Source: the human T2T-CHM13v2.0 reference genome, Homo sapiens
Reading direction: 5' to 3' (one strand)
Assembly: GCF_009914755.1 (NCBI RefSeq)
Contig: NC_060930.1
DNA: 64,000 nucleotides
This document shows, one piece after another, positions 46,164 through 63,699 of this stretch (positions within the stretch are counted from its first letter, which is position 1; every line of letters begins with the position of its first letter). Position numbers and translations under genes: made by a program. The notes under the pieces were generated by a model. That model saw nothing but the letters and a program-made list of their open reading frames with translations, was not told the origin of the DNA and did no database searches.

Positions 46164-49100
46164 ATTTCAAAAGAGAATGCTTTTAGCTTTTGCCCATTCA
46201 GTATGATATTGGCTGTGGGTTTGTCATAAATAGCACTTATTATTTTGAGATATGTTCCATCAATACCTAGTTTATTGAGTGTTTTTAGCATAAAGGGTGT
46301 TCGATTTTGTCAAAGGTCTTTTCTGCATCTATTGAGATAATCATGTGATTTTTGTCGTTGGTTCTGTTTATGTGATGAATTACATTTATTGATTTGCATA
46401 TGTTGAACCAGCCTTGCATCCCAGGGATGAAGCCTACTCAATTGTGGTGGATAAGCCTTTTGATTTGCTGCTGGAATTGGATTTCCAGTATTTTATTGAA
46501 GATTTTCACATCAATGTTCATCAGGGATATTGGCCTGAAATTTTCTTTTATTGTGTCTCTGTCAGGTTTTGGTATCAGGATGATGCTGACCTCATAAAAT
46601 GAGTTAGGGAGGAGTCCCTCTTTTTCTATTGTTTAAAATAGTTTTAGAAGGAGTGGTACCAGCTCCTGTTTGTACCTCTGGTAGAATTTGGCTGTGAATC
46701 CATCTGGTCCTGGTCTTCTGCTAGCTTTTGAATGTGTTTGCTCTTGCTTCTCTAGTTCTTTTAATTGTGATGTTGGGGTGTCGATTTTAGATCTTTCTCA
46801 CTTTCTCCTGTGAGCATTTAGTGCTATAAATTTCCCTCTACACACTGCTTTAAATGTGTCCCAGAGATTTTGGTACATTGTGTCTTTGTTCTCATTGGTT
46901 TCAAATAACTTATTTATGTCTTAATTTCATTATTTATGAAGTAGTCATTCAGGAGCAGATTGTTCAGTTTCCATGTAGTTGTGTGGTTTTGAGTGAGTTT
47001 CTTAATCCTGAGTTCTAATTTAATTGTACTGTGAACTGAGAGACTATTTGTTATGATTTTCATTCTTTTGCATTTGCTGAGGAGGGTTTTACTTCCAATT
47101 ATGTGGTCTACTTTAGAATAAGTGCTATATGGTGCTGAGAAGAATGTATGTTCTGTTGATTTGGGGTGGAGAGTTCTGTAGATGTCTATTAGGTCCACTA
47201 GGTCCAGAACTGAGTTCAAGTCCTGGATATCCTTGTTAATTTTCTGTCTTGTTGATCTGTCTAATATTGACAGTGGGGTGTTAAAGTCTCCCACTATTGT
47301 TGTGTGGGAGTCTAAGTCTCTTTGTAGGTCTCTAAGAACTTGCTTTATGAATCTGGGTGCTCCTGTATTGGATGCATATATATTTAGGATAGTTAGTTCT
47401 TCTTGTTGCATTGATCCCTTTACCATTATGTAATGGCCTTCTTTGTCTTTTTTGATCTTTGTTGGTTTAAATTCTGTTTTACAAGAGACTAGGATTGCAA
47501 CCTCTCCTTTTATGTGCTTTCCATTTGCTGGGTAAATCTTCCTCCATCCCTTTATTTTGAGCCTATGTGTGTCTATTCACATGAGATGGGTCTCCTGAAT
47601 ACAGCATACTGATGGGTCTTGACTCTTTAACCAATTTGCCAGTCTGTGTCTTTTAACTGGGGCATTTAGCCCATTTACATTTAAGGTTAATGTTGTTATG
47701 TGAGAATTTGAGCCTGTTATTATGATGCTAGCTTGTTATTTTGCCTGTTAGTTGATGCAATTTCTTCATAGTGTCGATGGTCTTTACATTTTGGTATGTT
47801 TTTGCAGTGGCTGGTACCAGCTTTTCCTTTTTATATTTAGTGCTTTTTTCAGGAGCTCTTGTAAGACAGGCCTGGTAGTGACAAAATCCCTCAGCATTTG
47901 CTTGTCTGTAAAAGATTTTATTTCTCCTTTACCTATGAAGCATAGTTTGGCTGGATACAAAATTCTGGGTTGGAAATTATTTATTTAAGACTGTTGAATA
48001 TTGGCCTCCACTCTCTTCTGGCTTGTAGGGTTTCTGCAGAGAGATCCACTGTTAGTCTGATGGGCTTCCCTTTGTGGATAACCTGACCTTTCTGCCTGGC
48101 CGCCCTTAATATTTTTTCCTTCATTTCAACCTTGGTGAATCTGACAATTATGTGTCTTGGGGTTGCTCTTCTCGAGGAGGATCTTTGTGGTTTTTCTCTG
48201 TATTTCCTGAATTTGAATGTTGGCCTGTCTTGCTAGGTTGGAGAAGTTCTCCTGAATAATACTGTGAAGTGTGTTTTCCAACTTGGTTCCTTTTTCCCCA
48301 ATATTTTCAGGTACACCAATCAAATGTAGGTTTGGTCTTTTCACATAGTCCCATGTTTCCTGGAGGCTTTATTCATTCCTTTTCATTCTTTTTTCTCTAA
48401 TCTTGCCTTCATGGTTTATTTTATTAAGTTGATCTTCAATCTCTGATATCCTTTCTTCTGCTTGATTGATTCCACAATTGATACTTGTGTATGCTTCATC
48501 AAGTTCTCGTGCTGTGTTTTTCAGCTCCATCAGGTCATTTATTTTCTTCTCTAAACTGTTTATTCTAGTTAGCAATTCCTGTAACCTTTTATCAAGGTTC
48601 TTAGCTTTTTTGCATTGGGTTAGAACATACTCCTTTAGCTCAGAGGAGTTTGTTATTACCCACCTTCTGAAGCCTACTTCTGTCAACTCATCAAACTCAT
48701 TCTCCATCCAATTTTGTTTCCTTGCTGGCAAGGAGTTGTGATCCTTTGGAGGAGAAGAGGCCTTCTGGTTTTTGGAATTTTCAGCCTTTTTGTGCTATTT
48801 TTTTCCCATCTTCATGGATTTATCTGTCTTTGGTCTTTGCTGTTAGTGACCTTCGGATGGAGTTTTTGTGTTGTCATCCTTTTTGTTGATGTTGATGCTA
48901 TTGCTTTCTGTTAGTTTTCTTTCTCACAGTCAGGCCCCTCTTCTGCAGGTCTGCTGGAGTTTGCTGGAGGTCCATTCCAGACCCTGTTTGCCTGGGTATC
49001 ACCAGTGGAGGCTGCAGAACAGCAAAGACTGCAGCCTCCTCCTTCCTCTAGAAGCTTTGTCCCAGAGGGGCTCCCACCAGGAGCACAGTCCAGCTGGTGC

Positions 49101-50141
49101 TCTTCTGTATGTGGTGTCTGTCAACCCCTGCTGCAAGGTGTCTCCCTGTCAGGAGGCACAGTGTTCCACGACCCACTTGAGAAGGCAGTCTGTCCCTTAG
49201 CAGAGCTCGAGCACCATGCTGGGAGATCTGCTGCTCTCTTCAGAGCTGGCAGATAGGAATGTTTAAGTCTGCTGAAGCTGCGTCCACAGCCGCCCCTTTC
49301 CCCAGGTGTTCTGTCCCAGGGAGATGAGAGTTTTATCTATAAGCCCCTGACTGAGGCTGCTGCCTTCCTTTCAGAGATACCCTTCCCAGACAGGAGGAAT
49401 CTAGAGAGGCATTCTGGCTACTGTGGCTTTGCGGAGCTGTGGTGGGTTCTGCCCAGTCCAAATTTCCTGTTAGCTTTGTTTATACTGTGAGGGGAAGGCT
49501 GCCTACTCAAAACTCAGTAATGGTGGACACCCCTCCTGCAAAAAGCTCAAGCCTCCCAGATCAACTTCAGACTGCTATGCTGGCAGTGAGAATTTCAAGC
49601 CAGTGGATCTTAGCTTGCTGTGCTCCATGGGGGTGGGATCCACTGAGCAAGACCACTTGACTCCCTGGCCTCAGCCCCCTTTCCAGGGGAGTGAACAGTT
49701 GTGTCTGGCTGGCATTCCAGGCGCCACTGGGGTATGAAAGAAAACTCCTGAAGCTAGTTCGGTGTCTGGCCTACTCTACCCAGTTTTGTGCTTGAAACCC
49801 AGAGCCCTTGTGGTATAAGCACCTGAAGGAATCTCCTGGTCTGTGGGTTGTGAAGACCATGGTAAAAGCGTAGTATCTGGGCCATATAGCACCGTCCCTC
49901 ATAGCACGGTCCCTCAAGGCTTCCCTTGTCTAGGGAAGGGAGTTCCCCAACCTCTTTTGCCTCCCAGGTGAGGTGACACCTACCCTGTTTCTGCTCACCT
50001 CCTGTGGGCAGCACCCACTGTCTAACCAGTAACAATGAGATGAACTGGGTACTCAGTTTGAAATGCAGAGATCACCCACATTCTGCATTGGTCTCTCTGG
50101 GAGCTGCAGATGAGAGCCATTCCTATTCGGCCATCTTGCCC
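46164..50141 (-). mobile_element. L1PA7/8-like 5'UTR-ORF1-partial ORF2, 3' half missing
   Basis: ggccatcttgcc 5' start at ~50141; ORF1 coiled-coil peptide 48369-48731; endonuclease peptide 46914-47426 (GDFNTPLS); internal deletion near 46715. Confidence 0.92.
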
Positions 50142-50871
50142 AGGAACAAGGAAGAAAATATGTTAATTGGGCAAGAAAGGCATTCAAAAAATAATATAAA
50201 TAAAAGGAAAATGAAATGGTTAATAATAGTCTATTCTAAATGTTCATCATTTCTCCCATAAATTTATAAAGCTTTTTATTCTACTCTCCTTCTGGGGGAA
50301 AAATTGTTACAATACTTGAAGAAGCAATTATGTTTTCCAAAATATTCTCTAGAGAGTGAGTAGCTTGCTCTTGGTCACAGAAGTGTGGAACTGTGGTTAA
50401 TTTTCCAGGAGTGATGATGACACATCACTGCACTAGATTATGCTGGCCTGGCAGTCTCAGTTAAAGTAATTCACTGTGTGTCATTTCCATTCAGAAGAGT
50501 GACAGTATTTCCTTTCTCTCAGCCAAAAGCCTTCTCAGGAGGGATCTAATTCTGACCTGCCAAAGGTTTCACAGCTTCAGGCACTCCCCAGGGAACTGTC
50601 TAATGAACTCATTGTGACAACTGATATTTAATGGTGACATAGTCATTGATTCAGAACTGTGTTACAAGTCATATGCTTGTTGGGTGGAGATAAGGCAAGC
50701 ACACCTCTGTCATTCAACATAACCTTAAATTTGGGTAACCAACTTTTCATGCCTGCATATGTGACAGTTTTTCATCATTAATTCCAGGAAAGAGATATAT
50801 GGGCAATTTGGAGATCAGATCAGTTAATAATTTTCTCAGGGGTGCTAGTTATGTCTTTCCCAACAAGAGGA

Positions 50872-51060
50872 GCAGTTAACATTTATTGAGGGCCTAGGCC
50901 TATTGCTAAGTGCTTAACATAAATGACCTCATTAATTTCTCCCGTTAAATGAAATGAATACCCAAGAACTTAAAAGTTGTCCAAGGTCACAGAGCTAACA
51001 GCTATTGAAAGCCAGGAATAAAACCCAGGGCTACTTGATGTCCAAACTTTCTAACACCAA
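50872..51060 (-). mobile_element. MIR SINE
   Basis: aacatttattgag...tgtccaaggtcacagagcta...ggaataaaacccagg. Confidence 0.7.
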
Positions 51061-51420
51061 CTATTATTCTTTCCTTCCTTTAAATTACATAAAATAATAA
51101 AACTCCATAAATTAAACACCAATAGAACAAAAAACAAAACAAAAAATCACACTACATTTAAAGAAAAACTTGTCAGGAGTCTATTTAGAAATTTTTACTG
51201 TCTTTATGCAAGTTCAGAGGAGCCTAATCTTTGTTAACTACAAAAATAACAGCAGAGAGCACACCTATTCAGAGACTAACATGAATCTCTTCAAAATGGA
51301 AATGCTGCAGTAAAAACCATAAATGTGCAAATAGCTCAAAGTTAAATGCAGAAAACATTGCACTATAAAAACTAAGAGGAAAGGACAACCTCTGAGAATC
51401 TGTTAACAATGCTGTAGAAG

Positions 51421-52456
51421 GAGGAGGGAGCCAAGATGGCCGAAGAGGAACAGCTCCAGTCTACAGTTCCCAGCATGAGCGACGCAGAAGACAGGTGATT
51501 TCTGCATTTCCATCTGAGGCACCAGGTTCATCTCACTAGGGAGTGCCAGACAGTGGGTGCAGGACAGTGGGTGCAGCGCACCATGCGCGAGCTGAAGCAG
51601 GGTGAGGCATTGCCTCACTTGGGAACTGCAAGGGGTCAGGGAGTTCCCTTTAATAGTAAAAGAAAGGGGTGACAGATGGCACCTGGAAAACCAGGTCACT
51701 CCCACCCTAATACTGCGCTTTTCCAACGGGCTTGAAAGACAGCCCACCAGGAGATTATATCCCACACCTGGCTCGGAGGGTCCTACACCCACAGAGTCTC
51801 ACTGATAACTAGCACAGCAGTCTGAGATCAAACTGCAAGGTGGTAGCGAGGCTGGGGGAGGGGTGCCCGCCATTGCCCAGGCTTGCTTAGGTAAACAAAG
51901 CAGCCTGGAAGCTCGAACTGGGTGAAGCCCACCACAGCTCAAGGAGGCCTGCCTGCCTGTGTAGGTTCCACCTCAGGGGGCAGGGCACAGACAAACAAAA
52001 AGACAGCAGTAACCTCTGCAGACTTAAATGTCCCTGTCTGACAGCTTTGAAGAGAGCAGTGGTTCTCCCAGCACGCAGCTGGAGATCTGAGAACGGGCAG
52101 ACTGCCTCCTCAAGTGGGTCCCTGACCCCTGACCCCCGAGCAGCCTAACTAGGAGGCACCCCCCTGTAGGGGCAGACTGACACCTCACACGGCCAGGTGC
52201 TAATCTGAGACAAAACTTCCAGAGGAACGATCAGACAGCAGCATTCCTGGTTCACGAAAACCCACTGTTCTGAAGCCACCGCTGCTGACACCCAGGCAAA
52301 CAGGGTCTGGAGTGGACCTCTAGCAAACTCCAACAGACCTGCAGCTAAGGGTCCTGTCTGTCAGAAGGAAAACTAACAAACAGAATGGACATCCACACCA
52401 AAAACCCATCTGTACATCACCATAATCAAAGACCAAAAGTAGATAAAACCACAAAG
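51421..52456 (+). promoter_or_regulatory. L1 5'UTR internal promoter (sense and antisense), long form
   Basis: caagatggc YY1 motif at the 5' end; retains the extra ~129-bp block at ~52198-52327; CpG-depleted. Confidence 0.7.
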
Positions 52457-53266
52457 ATGGGGAAAAAACAGAGGATAAAAACTGGAAACTCTAAAAAGCA
52501 GAGCGCCTCTCCTCCAAAGGAACGCAGTTCCTCACCAGCAACGGAACACTATGTGAAGAATGCAGAAGCCTCAGGAGCTGATTTGATCAACTGGAAGAAA
52601 GGGTATCAGTGATGGAAGATGAAATGAATGAAATGAAGTGAGAAGGGAAGTTTAGAGAAAAAAGAATAAAAAGAAATGAACAAAGCCTCCAAGAAATATG
52701 GGACTATGTGAAAAGACCAAATCTACGTCTGATTGGTGTACCTGAAAGTGACGGGGAGAATGGAACCAAGTTGGAAAACACTGCAGGATATTATCCAGGA
52801 GAATTTCCCCAATCTAGCAAGGTAGGCCAACATTCAGATTCAGGAAATACAGAGAACGCCACAAAGATACTCCTCGAGAAGAGCAACTCCAAGACACATA
52901 ATTGTCAGATTCACCAGAGGTGAAATGAAGGAAAAAATGTTAAGGGCAGCCAGAGAGAAAGGTTGGGTTACCCACAAAGGGAAGCCCATCAGACTAATAG
53001 CTGATCTCTCGGCAGAAACTCTACAAGCCAGAAGAGAGTGGGGGCCAATATTCAACATTCTTGAAGAAAAGAATTTTTAACCCAGAATTTCATATCCAGC
53101 CAAACTAAGCTTCATAAGTGAAGGAGAAATAAAATCCTTTACAGACAAACAAATGCTGAGAGATTTTCTCACCACCAAGCTGGCCCTAAAAGAGCTCCTG
53201 AAGGAAGCACTAAACATGGAAAGGAACAACCGGTACCAGCCACTGGAAAAACATGCCAAATTGTAA
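52457..53266 (+). pseudogene. L1 ORF1 remnant (disrupted)
   Basis: ATG GGG AAA AAA CAG start; ~200-nt deletion near 52547 (810 nt versus ~1017 nt normal); stops and frameshifts. Confidence 0.9.
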
Positions 53267-53326
53267 AGACCATTGAGGCTTGGAAAAACCTGCATCAACT
53301 AATGAGCAAAATAAACAGCTAACATA

Positions 53327-57143
<3,817 letters not shown>

Positions 57144-57373
57144 ACAATGAGATCACATGGACACAGGAGGGGGAACATCACACTCTGGAGACTGTTGTGG
57201 GGTGGGGGGAGGGGGGAGGGATAGCACTGGGAGATATACCTAATGCTAGATGACAAGTTAGTGGGTGCAGCGCACCAGCATGGCACATGTATACGTATGT
57301 AACTAACCTGCACAATGTGCACATGTACCCTAAAACTTAAAGTATAATAATAAAAAATAAAAAATAAAAAAAA

Positions 57374-58379
57374 AAAGAGCTTCTGCACAGCAAAAGAAAC
57401 TACCATCAGAGTGAACAGGCAACCTACAGAATGGGAGAAAATTTTTGCAACCTACTCATGTGACAAAGGGCTTGTATCCAGAATCTACGATGAACTCAAA
57501 CAAATTTACAAGAAAAAAAAAACAAACAACCCCATCAAAAAGTGGGCAAAGGAGATGAACAGACACTTCTCAAAAGAAGACATTTATGCAGCCAAAAAAC
57601 ACATGAAAAAATGCTCATTATCACTGGCCATCACAGAAATGCAAATCAAAACCATAATGAGATACCATCTCACACCAATTAGAATGGCGATCATTAAAAG
57701 GTCAGAAAACAACAGGTGCTGGAGAGGATGTGGAGAAATAGGAACACTTTTACACTGTTGGTGGGACTGTAAACTAGTTCAACCATTGTGGAAGTCAGTG
57801 TGGTGATTCCTCAGGGATCTAGAACTAGAAATACCGTTTGACCCAGCCATCCCTTTACTGGGTATATACCCAAAGGATTGTAAATCATGCTGCTATAAAG
57901 ACACATGCAGATGTATATTTACTGCAGCACTATTCACAATAGCAAAGACTTGGAACCAACCCAAATGTCCAACAATGATAGACTGGATTAAGAAAATGTG
58001 GCGCATATGAACCATGGAACACTATGCAGCCATAAAAAATGATGAGTTAATGTCCTTTGTAGGGACATGGATGAAGATGGAAACCATCATTCTCAGCAAA
58101 TTATCGCAAGGACAAAATACCAAACACCACTTGTTCTCACTCATAGGTGGGAATTGAACAATGAGAACACATGGATACAGGAAGGGGAACATCACACACT
58201 AGGGACTGTTGTGGGGTTGGGGGATGGGGGAGGGATAGCATTAGGAGATATACCTAATGCTAAATGACGAGTTAATGGGTGCAGCACAACAACATGGCAC
58301 ATGTATACATATGTAACTAACCTGCACTTTGTGCACATGTACCCTAAAACTTAAAGTATAATAATAAAATTAAAAAAAA
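57374..58379 (+). mobile_element. Second L1 3' kilobase (L1PA4-like), directly after the first poly(A)
   Basis: Starts aaagagcttctgcacagc (equivalent to position 56363); older diagnostics gagaacacatgg and ctaaatgacgagttaatggg; has its own tail. Confidence 0.93.
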
Positions 58380-58663
58380 GAATATGTGTTAATATTGATG
58401 ATTTTATACCAAGATTTCATAGTATAATACAAGTTCCTTTGATTTTCAAGCTCAGTTCTCCTTTTACTTCAGGGAACTTTTAAAATTACGTTTTTGTTCA
58501 TAGTTTTTCTTAATTTGGGGGGATTTTCTACCTTGGGGACTCTGATAATCATTATTTGGCTACTCTGTTTTCTTTCTAACTTATTTAATCACTTCACCTC
58601 TTTCTTCTTAATTTATTCTCAATATTCATGGCTTTCCTGCAAATTAGGGATTCAGTTTTGAGC

Positions 58664-58738
58664 AATATTCTATCTATCTATAATCTATTCTATCTATCTA
58701 TGTATAATCTATTCTATCTATCTATAATCTATTCTATC
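58664..58738. repeat. Short tandem repeat, unit ~attctatctatctataatct, ~3.5 copies
   Basis: Directly visible. Confidence 0.85.
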
Positions 58739-58829
58739 ATACATCAAATGTGTTTGTCAGATCTATAATTAGGCCATTCTATAATATTATTACATCATTG
58801 AGTTATTACATTAAGATGAGTTTTATAAC

Positions 58830-59118
58830 TTTTTTTTTAAGACAGGGACTTGCTCTGTCACCCAGTCTAGAGTGCGGTGGTGATCACGGCTCACTGCAAC
58901 CTTGACCTCCTGGGCTCAAGTGATCCTCTAGCCTCAGCCTCCCAAGTAGCTGGGACTACAGGCACACACCACCACACCGGACTAATTTTTGTATTTTTTG
59001 TAGCGATGGGGTTTTGCCATGTTGTGCAGGCTGGTCTTGAACTCCTGGGCTCAAGCCATCCTCCCGCCTTGGCCTCACAAAGTGCTAGGATTACAGGCGT
59101 GAGCCACTGTGCCCAACC
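58830..59118 (-). mobile_element. AluJ SINE
   Basis: J-type cctgggctcaagtgatcct in both arms; reversed with T-tail. Confidence 0.9.
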
Positions 59119-59242
59119 AAGCTTTATAAGTTCTAAGCAGAAATAACCTACTCATATGTGTTTTACTTTTCTTTGGGTAATGCTCACTTGCACTCTGGGA
59201 TCTCTGTCTTTTTCTTTTCTTCATTTTTCTGTAGGAAGTTTG

Positions 59243-59537
59243 GGCCGGGCGCGGTGGCTCATGCTTGTTATCCCAGCACTTTGGAAGGTCAAGACGGGCA
59301 GATCACGAGGTCAGGAAATCGAGACCATCCTGGCTAACATGGTGAAACCCCGTCTCTACTAAAAATACAAAAAATTAGCCAGGCATGGTGGCGGGCACCT
59401 GTAGTCCCAGCTACTCGGAGAGGCTGAAGCAGGAGAATGGCGTGAACCCAGGAGGCGGAGCTTGCAGTGAGCCACTGCTGCACTCCGGCCTGGGCAACAG
59501 AGCGAGACTTCGTCTCAAACAAAAAAAAAAAAAAAGA
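59243..59537 (+). mobile_element. AluY SINE with a small right-arm deletion
   Basis: gaccatcctggctaac, agaatggcgtgaacc, gagcttgcag; gagccactgctgcac deletion; TSD approximately ag(g/a)aagtttg. Confidence 0.9.
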
Positions 59538-60329
59538 AGAAAGTTTGTTTAGTTGCTAGGCTACGTATTTTCTTCTTCAATGCTTAATATTGGCAGCTTT
59601 ATCCAGGATTTCTGTTTTCCCCTACAAAATGTGGTGAATTTTTCTTGTCACTACTCAGGCTTACATGATATCTGGTTGGCACTCTCTCTGAACTACAGTT
59701 TGAGAACTGGGGTTTTGCTATTACATGTACTTTTTAGATTTTTTAGGTTGAGCAGTTTACAACAAAAAGCTCTATTTGTTTGAGTGCAGTCATTTTCGGA
59801 TAGTCAGGTCTCTGCTCTGTCTGCTGAGATTGTGTTAAGTGTCTTTTAGTAGAATTGATTTCACTGAGTTCAGGTGTATATTATTCCTACGGAAGATTCC
59901 ATTTATGGTTTTGACTATTCACCTGGAACACAGTGACCCCTGGTGGTTTCTCCTGCCTTGGCTGAGAACCTGAGACCTGCTGTTGGCAGAGAGAACTGTC
60001 TTTTTAAGGGGCTTTTCAGAAATTTTCTCCAGGCTACTTAATTGCCTTATTAATCTGCATTTCTCTAAATTGAGAAATAATAAGAATTCTCAGAATGTTT
60101 TCAATTCATCCTCTTTCCACTTTATGGCATTGGAGAGGTACAGAAGGAAATGAAGACTAAACTGCAACATACCAGAATCAGTTACTTTTCAAAATGTATA
60201 TTATGTGGTTGAATATCTTTCCATGTTTGGATGCTGCCAGAGAGTTCATTGCTTGGTTATATCAGAGAATAGTGGTTGTCTACACTCATTATATCTTCTT
60301 TCTTTCTTCCGTAGAATATTTGTCCTATC

Positions 60330-60749
60330 GCTGTATACATGGCTGCTCAGAATAAAAATTCCATTTGCCAGTGTCTGTTGTAAGCAGGTGTGTTCATGTC
60401 ACTAAGTTTGGCCATTAAAACACGGGCAGAAATATTTTCCGGCATTTGCTACTAAATATCCCTAAAAGATAGCAGGCATGTTCCATTTGCTCTTTTCTCC
60501 TCTTCATTCTGCTGCTGGCTTAATATAAAAAGGTAATGGATAGAACTCCAACCACCGTCTTGGAAAATGAGAACAAGAATTTTACTACAGGAATAAAGGA
60601 GTCAAAATCTGGGATAAGCCTAGGTCACTGACAGCTACATGATGCCACCAGGATTCCTTTATTTGGAAGAAAAAAAGCAGCACATTCTTAAACTTACTAC
60701 TCTTTGGGGATTTTTATCACATGGAGTTAAACTTGACCCAAATGGATAC
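60330..60749 (+). mobile_element. Old MLT1-type MaLR LTR
   Basis: catgtcactaagtttggcc, ccaaccaccgtcttgg and a 3' end atttttatcacatggagttaaac...ggatac. Confidence 0.5.
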
Positions 60750-60949
60750 TCTAGTTTTAATAATTTCTGCTCATTGTGCTAAGTATTGGATAAGGTAAGA
60801 TTCTATGATTCAAACTTTTCCCTACATTATATCCAGTGCCTATGTTTAGCTAATACTTTAGCGGTGACTGGTCATTTAAAAAGTATTTTCATATATAGAG
60901 ATGTAGATGTAAATTACACATATGTAAATATAATTTTGGTACATTTTCA

Positions 60950-62165
60950 AGAGATTTGTCATAAAGTTGGTCACAATATTCCTTTATTATGCTCCAGTCT
61001 CTTCTATATCTGTACATCTATCTCTTTTTTCATCCTTACTATTTCAGTGGCACCTAGTCTCTTTTTCTTTTCAGCAATATCACAAAATTTGTCTATTTTT
61101 ATGTTTTTCAAAGAAACAGCTTTTGGTTTTTTACAAAGTACTTTAGCTCTCTTATTTTATTAATTTTAGTTCTTGTCTTATCCCTTTCTTCTATTTCCTC
61201 TGCATTTATTTAGCTGTTCACCTTTAATTTCTTAATTTAGATGCTTAGCACATTGATTTTCAGCTCTTTCCTTTCTAATTTTACTACTTATGTTCAGAAT
61301 TTTTCTCTAAGGTATTAACTTTGCTGTCTCCCACATATTTTGATATGTTCTATATTCTTTATTATTTAGTTATAATTGCTTTAAATTTTATTATAATTTA
61401 TTCTTTTACCTATGAGCAGTTTAAAAATGTGTTTTAATGCCCAATTTCCAAACTAATCACTGTGTTCAGAAAACACCCCATAGTCTAGTGTTATATAATA
61501 ATGCTTTCTAAAAATACATTGATGCTTGATTGTGGCCAAGTTAATGGTCATGTTTTAAAAAATGTCCTGTGTGTGTGTTTGAGAGGATTGTTTCTTCTAT
61601 AATTATTAGAGAGCAAGTTCTATAAAGGTAAGGGTTTCCATGTGACCAGTTGCCCTACATTAATCCCCAGTTTATGGTTACTGTCCCAACATAATAAATT
61701 GTGGCACTCCTCTTGCTCACAAAAGTATGCCATAAATTATTTTACCTTAAGCATTACATTATTACTAAGTCAAATATTAACTCATGCTTGTTAATTACAT
61801 AACTCAAGTGTTCTCTATCCTAACTCATGTTTTGGTCATTTGATCTCTTGATTAATGAGAAAAACCTGCTGAACTATCCCACAGTGATGGTACATTCATA
61901 AATTCCTTTCTGCAGTTTCATTAATTTAATTTATGCTAAAAGTATTTTATTAGGTATATATATGTTTACAATTGTTATAGTTTCTAAGTGAATTGAATCT
62001 TTTTTTTCCAGTGACTTATTTATTTATATATTTTTACTAATTCTTTGTCTTTGTTAGCTTTTTTAACTTAACCAAACAAACAAAATCTAAGTCACATAGC
62101 TTTCTTTGGGTTTGTATTTTCCGGGTCAACATTTTTGTTTTCTCTTTTACTTTTTAAACTTTTTC
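60950..62165 (-). mobile_element. Decayed L1M ORF2 fragments
   Basis: T-rich; tttcaaagaaacagcttttggtttt, tcccacatattttgatatg. Confidence 0.55.
61631..61749. mobile_element. MER94-like hAT-Blackjack MITE
   Basis: agggtttccatgtgaccagttgccc...cccagtttatg...aaagt...ataaattattttacct. Confidence 0.5.
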
Positions 62166-62171
62166 CTTTAT

Positions 62172-62390
62172 GGCTTACATGAGGAAGCCAAGGCAAATCT
62201 GAAAGGGGCACTTATCAGTCAAGGTCACCAAACTAGCAAGATACAGAACCAGAACTCAAAATCAGGTCACCTATTCAAAATGTCCTATTGTGAAGGATAA
62301 GCACAGACATTGACTCAATGCCTTCCACGTCTGTGCCAAGTACTGTACCAAGAGCTTTATATGCCTTATCTCCGCTATTTCTATTAAACT
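62172..62390 (-). mobile_element. MIR fragments
   Basis: atgaggaagccaaggc...caaggtcacca; gtgccaagtactgtaccaagagcttta. Confidence 0.5.
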
Positions 62391-63349
62391 CTAGTGCCTC
62401 TTCAGGTAATATATGACATAGTATGCCAGGAATGTTCTAATATATATTAAATAATAAAAAGAATAACAAGGGAATCATTTGAAGGTATTTTCTTTTTTAT
62501 ACTAGATAAATGGTGCACTATGAAAGCAGAACAGCTTTGAAATTGAAGGAAAAATTAATGGTTTTAAATCTAGGTTAGATGTGCACATGATTTCTTCCCT
62601 TTCCAGCTGTTGTTAATGAACGCTTCAGGTCAGCCTGTCTGCACTTTGGCTCCTCTTAGATGGAAGTAACATGTATATGTTGCTATTTTTGAAACCTCAA
62701 AGGGTGGTAGGCACAGTCTCCTGATGTGAAACTCATCAGAAATGAACGCCTTTATTTAACCTACAATCTCACCATTTATGAAACTGCTGGTTTGATATCA
62801 GAGCCTCAAGTGATACTTCTCAGGAACCTGCTCCAAAGGCCAGATCCCGTGGAAGTAGAAGGGCTCTTTACTTTTTTCTTTCTTTCTTTTTTGAATTCTC
62901 TGTTTAGATTAAACCTGATTGTAATTGCAAGATGCCCAAGTCTTTTAGATTGACTCTTTTCAACAGTTACACAGAATACCACAGCTCAGGGTCCCTTTGA
63001 ATAACTTTGACACTTATTTACCTTGACTTTCTGTTTGCAGCCTCTCAAGCCTAGTTTTGATCGGTCCTACTGCGAAAAGAAGAAAGGGGAAAAATTCTGT
63101 GCTGCAGAAGAGAATTGCGTCCCTGTTTAGTTTAGCTTGTTTCTCTCTGGAAAACAGTCATCACATTTATTTTTTAATGGCACAGCAGGTGTTACCTCAC
63201 ATGGCTACTGGGTGACAAGCTCCCGGTACAGGCCCATTGTACCCCAGAACCTGAGACTTCACCTGCCCAAGGCAAGGAGGCTACAGGGGTTTTTTTGCTA
63301 GCTCATCACTGAGGTTGTTTTGTTAGGATTCTACTTTGACCTTGCTAAC

Positions 63350-63450
63350 TCATTCATTTATTCAATAGACTTTATTTATTCAGCACCTTCTATGGGCTAA
63401 GTACTGATCACAATCTACTAAGAAGACAAGGAATAGTAATGATTAAAAAA
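63350..63450 (-). mobile_element. L2 3' terminus
   Basis: tcattcatttattcaa...tttattcagcaccttctatgggctaagtactg. Confidence 0.55.
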
Positions 63451-63699
63451 ATAGACGGGCATAATATCATAGGCAACACTAGGAAATTTAAAACACACAG
63501 TGAATCCTCTAAGTTTCTCCCTAATATATCAGTTCCCATATATATGAATATCCCCTAATATATGAGTTTCCTTCCTATTATTGTTCATGCTCATTTCTGG
63601 TACCCCCATTGCAGAAATTGCACTACCAATTTTTGCATGTCCCCATGTACCTTGCTGGACCTGAACTGATATTCTCCGTCACCCTTACTCTAAAATGTT

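Noticed and set aside
51403-51873. Intact L1 ORF0
   Set aside because: The ATG at 51873 gives MAGTPPPASLPPCSLISDCCASYQ and then TGA. The listed 129-aa ORF is only the downstream remainder from a GTG.
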